Shown here in pieces: positions 17,578 to 24,759 of a stretch of 64,000 bases of DNA (within the stretch, counting starts at the first letter, position 1; every line of letters starts with the position of its first letter). The notes under the pieces are model-generated. The model saw only the letters and a program-made list of their open reading frames with translations, was not told the DNA's origin and searched no databases. The DNA is from Elusimicrobiota bacterium. GTDB taxonomy: Bacteria; Elusimicrobiota; Elusimicrobia; UBA1565; UBA9628. The stretch covers positions 19,975 through 83,974 of the forward strand of contig JACRDT010000012.1 in the NCBI GenBank assembly GCA_016212795.1. The letters are read 5' to 3'. A program made the translations under genes and the position numbers.

Positions 17578-18729
17578 GTGCGCGCGATGCGAATCCGGTG
17601 GCGCGGCGGGCTGGCGGCGGTCGCGGCGCTGGCGTTGGCCGGGTGCACGTCGCGGGCGGATCTGGCGGAGCGCGCCTACGGGCGGGGCGACTACGCCGAG
17701 GCCATGGGGCTGGCGCGGCCCCTGGGCGAAAAGGGCGACCCCAGGATGCAGAACCTCGTGGGGCTGATGTCCGCCAAGGGGGAGGGCGTGCCCGCCGACC
17801 CGACCCAGGGCGCCGTCTGGTACCGCCGGGCGGCGGAGCAAGGGCACCTCTCGGCCGCGATCAACCTGGGGGTGCTCTACGCGGACGGCCGGGGCGTCAC
17901 CAAGGACGGCGCCGAGGCGCTGAGGTGGCTCCGGGTGGCGGCGGACAAGGGCGAGGAAGTGGCCCAGAAGCTCATCGGGGACCTCTATCTCGACGGCGAT
18001 TGCGTCCCGAGGGACGACGCCGAGGCCGCCCGCTGGTACAAGAAGGCCGTGGACCACGAGTACAGCCCGTTCGACAAGGGCTACGCGCCGGCCCAGCATC
18101 GCCTGGGCCTGCTCTACGAGCGCGGCTGGGGCGTCCCCCGGTCCGGCGCGGAGGCGGCCAAGTGGATGCGCAAGGCCGCGGAGCAGGGCAACGCCGGCGC
18201 GCAGGTCGACCTCGGGCTGCTCTACCAGGGAAAGTCCGGCGTCAAGCGCGACTACGCCGAGGCGGCGCGCTGGTTCGGCAAGGCCGCGCTCGCGGGCGAC
18301 GCCTCCGCGCAGAACTTCCTCGGGGTCATATACGAGAGGGGCAACGGCGTGGCCAAGGACGAGACCGCGGCGTTGGCCTGGTACCTGAAGGCGGCGGACC
18401 AGGACCATCGGCTCGCCCAATACAACGCCGGCGTGCTCTATGACGAGGGGCGCGGCATCCGCCAGGACCTCGGCCAGGCGGTCGCCTGGCTGCGCAAGTC
18501 CGCGGAGGGAGGCGAGACCCGCGCTCAGAACCGCCTCGGGATGTCGTATTTCAAGGGGCGGGGGGTCCCGCGCGACTTGACGCTGGCCTATGTCTGGTGC
18601 TGGCGCGCCGGCAAGAAGGGCCTGACGGTCGGGCTGGAGAACGCGGCGGTCATCAAGAAGGCCATGACGGCCAAGCAGTCGGCCGAGGCCCGGAAGATGA
18701 TCGAGCTCGTCGACAAGAAGCGCCCGTGA
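17578..18729 (+). CDS. Sel1-like repeat (SLR) lipoprotein
   Basis: Lipobox LALAGCTS; about 8 Sel1 repeats (..AEAARWYKKAAEQGHAGAQ..LG.LY..G.GV..D); GTG 17578 is 6 nt after AGGAGG (ATG 17587 is an alternative start). Confidence 0.7.
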   Translation: MRAMRIRWRGGLAAVAALALAGCTSRADLAERAYGRGDYAEAMGLARPLGEKGDPRMQNLVGLMSAKGEGVPADPTQGAVWYRRAAEQGHLSAAINLGVLYADGRGVTKDGAEALRWLRVAADKGEEVAQKLIGDLYLDGDCVPRDDAEAARWYKKAVDHEYSPFDKGYAPAQHRLGLLYERGWGVPRSGAEAAKWMRKAAEQGNAGAQVDLGLLYQGKSGVKRDYAEAARWFGKAALAGDASAQNFLGVIYERGNGVAKDETAALAWYLKAADQDHRLAQYNAGVLYDEGRGIRQDLGQAVAWLRKSAEGGETRAQNRLGMSYFKGRGVPRDLTLAYVWCWRAGKKGLTVGLENAAVIKKAMTAKQSAEARKMIELVDKKRP

Positions 18730-18750
18730 CCCGCCGGGCTTCGCCTGCCG

Positions 18751-19392
18751 CTATTCGAGCGGCACGAGCTTGGCCGGGTCGTAGGCCGGGCCCGCCTTGG
18801 AGAAGACCAGCATGAGGTGGTTGACCCGGGTCTGGTCGTACTGGTCGTGCCAGCGGACGAGGAACTCGGCCTTCGGGATGAACGCGTAGTTGCCCAGGGT
18901 GGACGGGTCCATGAAGTAGAGGTTCCGTTCGTCGTGGCCGATGGCCACGGCGTAGTGCCCGTCGTCCCAAGCCCCGGCATAGTCGACGGCGCCCTCCGCC
19001 CAGGCCTGGAAGGCCACGATGACGGGCTTCCCGGCGTCCAGCGCCGCGGTGAGGTCCTCCAGCGGGGCGTCGAGCGCGGCCTTCGCGTCGATGCCGTGTT
19101 CGCGGGCGAGCTCGACGATCTTCCAGTAGCGCGTGCCCTGCTCCGGGTCGGACCCGAGCTTGCGGGCCAGCTCGTCTTCCCGGATGTCCTCCCCGTAGTA
19201 GCCGAGGATGGATTGGAGCGCGGCGGCGCCGCAGGTGTAGGGCGTGGATTGGCGCACCAAGGGAAGGCGGATGAGGTCCTTGGGGGCATGGGCGGCCGGA
19301 GCGGCGGACGGCCTGGCCGCCGAGCGGGGAGTCCGGGGCGACGCGGCGCAGCCGGCCAAGCCGACGGCGATCCCGAGGATGGCGGCTATCAT
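18751..19392 (-). CDS. C39-like (papain-fold) cysteine peptidase lipoprotein
   Basis: Lipobox GLAGC; catalytic Cys context STPYTCGAAALQSILGYYG and His context GHYAVAIGHD typical of the Peptidase_C39_2 family; start overlaps GNAT stop (ATGA). Confidence 0.6.
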   Translation of the reverse strand: MIAAILGIAVGLAGCAASPRTPRSAARPSAAPAAHAPKDLIRLPLVRQSTPYTCGAAALQSILGYYGEDIREDELARKLGSDPEQGTRYWKIVELAREHGIDAKAALDAPLEDLTAALDAGKPVIVAFQAWAEGAVDYAGAWDDGHYAVAIGHDERNLYFMDPSTLGNYAFIPKAEFLVRWHDQYDQTRVNHLMLVFSKAGPAYDPAKLVPLE

Positions 19393-20021
19393 GCCAGCAG
19401 CAGGCCCATGGCGTGGAGGGCCGCGCCCGCTTTGAGTTCGCCGCGCGCGAGCTCCCGGAAGCCCAGGCTTTCGTAGAACCCGCGGGGACCGTCGCCGCAG
19501 ACGAGGTGGACGCCCGGCACGCGCTCCTCCCTCAAGCGCAGGATGAAGAGGTCCATGAGGCGCCTGCCCACGCCCTTGCCGTGGAACGCGGGGTCCACGT
19601 TGACGTGCAGGTGGGCGGGATAGATGGTCAGGACGGCGCCGAGGAACTTGAGGGCGAGCCGCCGCGCCGGGTCGGCCTCCAGGCCGAGGAATTTCCTGCG
19701 GAAGGCCCGGGCGTCGGGGCTTTCCTTGAAGACGCCGAGCGACTTCCAGAGGAGGGGCCAGCGGTGCAGGAAATGACGGCGCAGGACGAACGGCGCCGTC
19801 GCCGGGCACCCGGTCAGGTAGCCGATGACCTTGCCGTCGTGCCGCGCGGTGTGCGTCCAGTCCGGCGCCCACCTCTCGTAGGGGCCGACCCAGTACTCGG
19901 CGAAGAACCCCCGGCGCTCCTCGGGGATCCCCTGGCCCGACGACGCCGTCCTGCAGCAGATCCCGCGGATCGCTTCCCAGTCCTGGGCCCCGCCCGGCTT
20001 GCCGTAGGCGATGTCCATCAT
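19389..20021 (-). CDS. GNAT-family N-acetyltransferase
   Basis: Acetyl-CoA binding motif HGKGVGRRLM; 210 aa; overlaps both neighbours by 4 nt. Confidence 0.65.
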   Translation of the reverse strand: MMDIAYGKPGGAQDWEAIRGICCRTASSGQGIPEERRGFFAEYWVGPYERWAPDWTHTARHDGKVIGYLTGCPATAPFVLRRHFLHRWPLLWKSLGVFKESPDARAFRRKFLGLEADPARRLALKFLGAVLTIYPAHLHVNVDPAFHGKGVGRRLMDLFILRLREERVPGVHLVCGDGPRGFYESLGFRELARGELKAGAALHAMGLLLA

Positions 20022-21610
20022 GGGCGCGTCCCTGCAGGGGATTTCCAGATCGCGCGGTAGCGCTCCAGGAGCTCCTCATAAGACCGGCGGGCCGATTCGG
20101 CGCGCTTGCGGTCGAGGTTCCCCCAGGCCTTGGCGGCGTTGAGGTAGGGCGGCGGCCAGGCCGGGTCGAGGGAGACGGCCGCGTCGAACTCCTCCGCGGC
20201 CTGGCGGAGCCGGCCGAGCTCGAGCAGCGCCGTGCCGAGGTCGTTGCGGATGCGGGCGTCGCGCGGGGCCAGCGCCGAGGCTTCCCGCAGCACGTCCTCG
20301 GCGCCGGCGTATTGGCGCAGCCCCAGCCGGGCCAGCCCGAGGTAGCGCAGGACGCCCGCGTCCCTCGGGGACAAGGCCCTGGCCCGGTCGAGGTCGTACG
20401 CGGCCCCCGGGAAATCCTCGGCCAGGAGGCGGTAGCATCCCCGCAGGTAATGGGAGAACGCGTTCTCCGGCGCGCAGGCGACCGTCTGGTCGCAGAACGC
20501 CTCAGGCTGGCGGTAGGCGCCGCTGCGGGCGGCCGACGAGCCGGCCCAGACCACGGCGACGGCGTAGAAGACGAGACGGCCCTTCATGCCGCGCAGGTGG
20601 GCGGCCAGGGCCAGGCAGGGGCCGGCGGCCGCCAGGTACAGATAGCGGTCGGCGACCGGGTTGTAGTGCGCGAACGCCACGACGTGGAGGAAGGGCGCCA
20701 GCGCGGCGACGGTCCAGGCCAGGCCGAAGAGCGTCGCGGGGTCGCGGCGGCGCAGCCAGGCCAGCGCGGCCGCGGCCGCGGGCAGGAGATAGAGCGCCGG
20801 CCCTGGCTTGAGCGAGCGGACCATGCACAAGGGGAACGGCCAGAGGATCGAGCCCAGGTACCAGCCGAGCGCGAGGTAGGGCTGCCTCGGGGCCGCGATG
20901 TCCAAGGGCCCGGGGGGGACGAGCCAGGCGAACCGCACGAGCAGGTAGAGCCCCGCCGCGGCGGCGTGGGGGAGGGCGGCCGCGAGCAGCCTCGCGCGGC
21001 GGCCGGGCCGCAGGATGGCGATGTCCGCCGCGATCAGGAGGAGCGCGGCCAGCCCCGTCTCCTTGGAGAGCAGCCCCACGACCAGGCAACTCCACGACGC
21101 CGCCAGCCAGGGCGCGGGCTTGCGGGCGCTGGCGGCGCGGTCCCAGCAGAGCCATGCCGCGACGCAGCACGCGGCGGCCATGATGTGCCCCTTGTAGGCC
21201 GAGACGGCGAGGGCCTCCGTGTGCGTCGGGAAGACGAGGAAGAGCGCTCCGGCCAGGGCCGCTTCCAGGCGGCCGGCGAAGCGTCGGGCCGCCAGGTACA
21301 CCGCGAACGAGGCCAGTGCGTGGAGGCCGAGGCCCGCGAGCCGGTAAGCCCAGGCCGGCTCGTGGAGGAAATAGTGGAACAGGGTGACCAGCGGCTGGTA
21401 GGTCCGTTCGGTCGTGAAGGCGAAGTAGCCCGGCGAGAAGAGCCCGGCCGCGAAGTTCCGCCAGGGGAGCTCGAAGACGCCCTGCTTGAGGACGTAGGAG
21501 AGGTCGTCGAGGAATACCGGGGCCGGCAGGATGGCGCCGTAGACGGCCAGGACGCCGGCCGAGTAGGCCGCCGCCACGACCGCCGAGAACCTGGCTTCTT
21601 CGGAGCGCAT
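20018..21610 (-). CDS. Polytopic membrane protein (GT-C/PMT-ArnT-like fold) with C-terminal TPR repeats
   Basis: About 11 TM helices followed by TPR repeats (..AYDLDRARALSPRDAGVLRYLGLARLG..); start taken at internal ATG 21610 (MRSEEARFSAVV..). Confidence 0.55.
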   Translation of the reverse strand: MRSEEARFSAVVAAAYSAGVLAVYGAILPAPVFLDDLSYVLKQGVFELPWRNFAAGLFSPGYFAFTTERTYQPLVTLFHYFLHEPAWAYRLAGLGLHALASFAVYLAARRFAGRLEAALAGALFLVFPTHTEALAVSAYKGHIMAAACCVAAWLCWDRAASARKPAPWLAASWSCLVVGLLSKETGLAALLLIAADIAILRPGRRARLLAAALPHAAAAGLYLLVRFAWLVPPGPLDIAAPRQPYLALGWYLGSILWPFPLCMVRSLKPGPALYLLPAAAAALAWLRRRDPATLFGLAWTVAALAPFLHVVAFAHYNPVADRYLYLAAAGPCLALAAHLRGMKGRLVFYAVAVVWAGSSAARSGAYRQPEAFCDQTVACAPENAFSHYLRGCYRLLAEDFPGAAYDLDRARALSPRDAGVLRYLGLARLGLRQYAGAEDVLREASALAPRDARIRNDLGTALLELGRLRQAAEEFDAAVSLDPAWPPPYLNAAKAWGNLDRKRAESARRSYEELLERYRAIWKSPAGTRP

Positions 21611-21759
21611 CCCCGCCACAATATACGAAAGGCGGCCCGAAGCCGCAACCTCGGAGGGCTTCACGGGAGGCCGGGAGCCCGTCCAGGGCGCCGGACTCAT
21701 AATGCTATAATCTTCCTCGCCGTCGGGTCCGTCTCTTCCCCGCGGGACCCCGTTTCGAT

Positions 21760-24339
21760 ATGTCCAACGCGCCGACCCTCAAGGACCCCGTCGCCGTCCT
21801 GCGCCGCTCCCGGCTGATGCAGTCCTTGCCGGAGGCCGGGCTGAAAGCCGTGTCGGCCGCCATGCGGCCCAGGGCGTTCGACCCTGGCCGGCTGCTCATC
21901 AAGCAAGGGGAGCCGGGCGGCTGCTTCTACCTCATCGCGTCCGGCTTGGTCGAGGTGCAGGTGCGCACGGAGGGGGGCACGACGGCCGTCGTGGCCACGC
22001 TGCGCGAGGGGGATTGCCTCGGGGAGATGTCCCTCCTGTCGGGCGACGTCACCTCGGCGGACGCGCGGGCTCTCGAGCGGACCGAGACCCTGGCGCTGGA
22101 AGCCGGCGCCTTCGACGCCCTCCTGCAGGCCCATCCCGAGCTGCTGCGCGAGTTCGTCCGCATCCTGTCGCGCCGGCTGGGCGCGACCGACGTCGCGGTG
22201 GGGCTGGCCCGGGAGGACGAGAAGGCCCTCGCCCAACTGCTGCGGGAAGGGAAGGCCGACCAGTACGGCGAGCTGATCGGCAAGCACGCGACGATGACAG
22301 CGCTGAACCGGGAGATCGACAAGCACGCGTCGTCGGATGACCCTTTGCTCGTCCTGGGCGAGCGCGGCACGGGCAAGGAGATCGTGGCCAGGCTGGCCCA
22401 CCTCCGGGGGCCCCGCAAGGACGCGCCGATCGTCAGCGTGCAGTGCGACCAGATCAGCGAGACGCCCTGGGGCGACAAGCTCTTCGGCCTCCACCACAAG
22501 GGCGCCGGCACCCCGCGCTCCCGCGGCGTGTGCTACATGACCCTGGCGGAAGGCGGGACGCTCGTCCTCAAGGATGTCGAGCTGCTCCCCGTCCCCATCC
22601 AGGAGCGGCTGGCGGAGTTCATCGAGAAGAACCCGGGGGCCAAGGCCGGCCTGCGGTTCATCGCGACCTCCCGGGCGCGCCTGGTCGAGCTGGCCCAGAC
22701 CGGGAAGGTGTCCGAGTCGCTGGCCCGGGCCTTCGCGGGCGGCGCCATCGTCGTGCCGCCGCTGCGGGACCGCAAGCGGGACATCGGCGAGCTGGCCCGC
22801 CATTTCGTCCGCCGGCACGCCGAGCGGCTCAACAAGCCGGTCCAGGGCCTCAGCGACCAGGCCATGACCAAGCTGGTCTCCCACGACTACCGCGGCGCCA
22901 ACATCCAGGAGCTCAAGGAAGCCCTGGAGCGCGCCGTGGTCCTCACGGACGACAAGACGGTCGGCGCCGAGGAGATCTTCCTCGGCCATCCCGCCAAGGC
23001 GCGGCGGCACATCTTCAACTTCCTGTCCCTCAAGACCGCGCTGGTGCGCCGGGCGCTGGTGGTGGTGCCGAGGATGGTGCGCCCCTTGAGCGCGGTCTTC
23101 TTCGCCTTCATCCTCTACCAGTGCTTCGCCGGGACCCCGCGGGACGGCGGCAACCTGGGCGTCGTGCTGGTGTGGGCGGTCTGGTGGCCGGCGCTGGCCC
23201 TGTCGTTCTTCGTCGTGGGGCGCCTGTGGTGCGCGGTCTGCCCGATGGCCCTGGCCGGGTCCGGAGCGCAGCGGGTCCGGGGGCTCAAGTGGCGCATCCC
23301 GGCGTGGCTGAAAGACCACGACACCTATCTCGCGCTGGCGGGCTTCACCGGCATCATCTGGCTCGAGGAGGCCACGGGGATGCGGCACGCGCCCGTCGCC
23401 ACGGGGCTGTTCCTGCTCTCCATCCTGGCGGGCGCCGCGACCGCGAGCGTCCTCTTCCCCCGTCGGACCTGGTGCCGGCATCTCTGCCCCCTGGGCTTCT
23501 TCGCCGGACTGTGCTCGGAGTCGGCCATGCTCGAGCTGCGGCCGACGGCGGACATCTGCTCGGCCAAGTGCACGGGCCATGCGTGCTACAAGGGCGACGA
23601 GCGGGTCGCGGGGTGCCCCGTGTTCAACCACGTGATGTTCATGGACTCGAACCAGCACTGCGTCCTGTGCATGAACTGCGTGCAGACCTGCCCCAACGAC
23701 TCGGTCCAGCTGAACCTGCGGCTGCCCGCCTCCGAGCTGTGGTCGCGGCCGAACGTGGAGAAGGGCGCGGCCAGGTTCTTCGCCGTGCTGCTGGGCCTTC
23801 TGCCGTGCCTGGCCTTCATCCAGCATTGGGATGCGACGCTCCAGGCGGGGTGGGCGTGGCTCCTGGCGGGGCACCGCACCGCGTCCCTGACCATCATCCT
23901 CGGCCTGGGCGTCGCGGCGCCTCTGGCCCTGCTCGAGTTGATCGTCCGCCCGCTCCACGACCCCGAGGACCCCTTGCCGGCCGAGCGGGTCTGGCGCAAG
24001 GTCCTGGCGTGGGGGCCCCTGGTGACGGCCGGGTTCGCGTGCTATCAGCTCGCCTATCTCCCCGGCATGGGCAACCTGCGGCTCGCCCTGGGGTTCCTGC
24101 CGCTCGAGGGAGGAGGGGTCCGGTCGCTGTGGCTGCCGGTGCTGGGCTTGAGCCGGGTCGCGATCATGGCCGCCGGGCTGATGACCTCCGCGGCCGTCAT
24201 GTGGAAGCTCGCGCATGACGCCAAGGGGAGCGGCGGCAAGAGGCGGCTCTGGGGGCATCTGCTGAACCTGGCCTGCGCCACGGCTTACGCGGCGGCCCTC
24301 ACCCTGCTCATGGTCAGACCCAGGTGGCTGGGATTATGA
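21760..24339 (+). CDS. Three-module protein: cNMP-binding (CAP effector) domain + sigma54-activator-type AAA+ ATPase lacking GAFTGA + NapH/NosR-like polytopic membrane polyferredoxin
   Basis: cNMP motifs GEPGGCFYLIASG..GEMSLL; Walker A GERGTGKE; bEBP core (..IVVPPLRDRKRDIGELARHF..DYRGANIQELKEALERAV) with the GAFTGA position reading GAGTPRS; no HTH; C-terminal TM region with CAVCP and CRHLCP (CX2-3CP) motifs plus one atypical cluster CSAKCTGHAC..GCP and one canonical 4Fe-4S cluster CVLCMNCVQTCP. Confidence 0.75.
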   Translation: MSNAPTLKDPVAVLRRSRLMQSLPEAGLKAVSAAMRPRAFDPGRLLIKQGEPGGCFYLIASGLVEVQVRTEGGTTAVVATLREGDCLGEMSLLSGDVTSADARALERTETLALEAGAFDALLQAHPELLREFVRILSRRLGATDVAVGLAREDEKALAQLLREGKADQYGELIGKHATMTALNREIDKHASSDDPLLVLGERGTGKEIVARLAHLRGPRKDAPIVSVQCDQISETPWGDKLFGLHHKGAGTPRSRGVCYMTLAEGGTLVLKDVELLPVPIQERLAEFIEKNPGAKAGLRFIATSRARLVELAQTGKVSESLARAFAGGAIVVPPLRDRKRDIGELARHFVRRHAERLNKPVQGLSDQAMTKLVSHDYRGANIQELKEALERAVVLTDDKTVGAEEIFLGHPAKARRHIFNFLSLKTALVRRALVVVPRMVRPLSAVFFAFILYQCFAGTPRDGGNLGVVLVWAVWWPALALSFFVVGRLWCAVCPMALAGSGAQRVRGLKWRIPAWLKDHDTYLALAGFTGIIWLEEATGMRHAPVATGLFLLSILAGAATASVLFPRRTWCRHLCPLGFFAGLCSESAMLELRPTADICSAKCTGHACYKGDERVAGCPVFNHVMFMDSNQHCVLCMNCVQTCPNDSVQLNLRLPASELWSRPNVEKGAARFFAVLLGLLPCLAFIQHWDATLQAGWAWLLAGHRTASLTIILGLGVAAPLALLELIVRPLHDPEDPLPAERVWRKVLAWGPLVTAGFACYQLAYLPGMGNLRLALGFLPLEGGGVRSLWLPVLGLSRVAIMAAGLMTSAAVMWKLAHDAKGSGGKRRLWGHLLNLACATAYAAALTLLMVRPRWLGL

Positions 24340-24749
24340 CGGGCAAGGGAGCGCGGGGCCCGCTCGTGCGGCTGCTCGTCCTCCTCATCGGGCTCCACAG
24401 CTGCGCTCTGGGCCTGCTGATGCTCTTCAAGCCGGGCCTGATGACGCGGCTGTTGGGATTCCCTGGGGGGATCCCGGTCTTCTTCCCGTCGCAGTCCGGC
24501 ATCTTCCTCCTCATCCTGGGGGCGTGCTACCTCCGGGCCCTGTCCGAGAGCTCCTACCTCTGTGTCATCGTCGGCTCGAAGGCGGCGGCCGTCCTCTTCC
24601 TCGTCGCGCACGCGGCCTTCCTCGGCGCGCCTCCCACCGTCTGGCTGGCGGCCGCCGGCGACGGCGGCATGCTGGCCGTCCTGGTCGCGGCATGGCGCTG
24701 GGAGAGCCTTCGGCCGGCGCCGCCGGTCGCGGCGTCCGACCGGCCGTAG
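24336..24749 (+). CDS. Small 4-TM membrane protein, hypothetical
   Basis: ATG 24336 overlaps stop of the fusion gene (ATGA); hydrophobic LVRLLVLLIGLHSCALGLLMLF.. Confidence 0.5.
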   Translation: MTGKGARGPLVRLLVLLIGLHSCALGLLMLFKPGLMTRLLGFPGGIPVFFPSQSGIFLLILGACYLRALSESSYLCVIVGSKAAAVLFLVAHAAFLGAPPTVWLAAAGDGGMLAVLVAAWRWESLRPAPPVAASDRP

Positions 24750-24759
24750 TCCGCGCGCC

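Noticed and set aside
17576-17767. 63-aa ORF whose ATG has ideal spacing to an AGGAGG Shine-Dalgarno
   Set aside because: The translation is Arg/Trp-rich junk. The same Shine-Dalgarno sequence serves the in-frame GTG 17578 of the Sel1 lipoprotein, which has a clean lipoprotein signal peptide.
22520-22560. Possibility that 21760..24339 is a sigma54 transcriptional activator
   Set aside because: The GAFTGA loop is replaced by GAGTPRS and there is no HTH. It cannot be annotated as a conventional NtrC-type activator.
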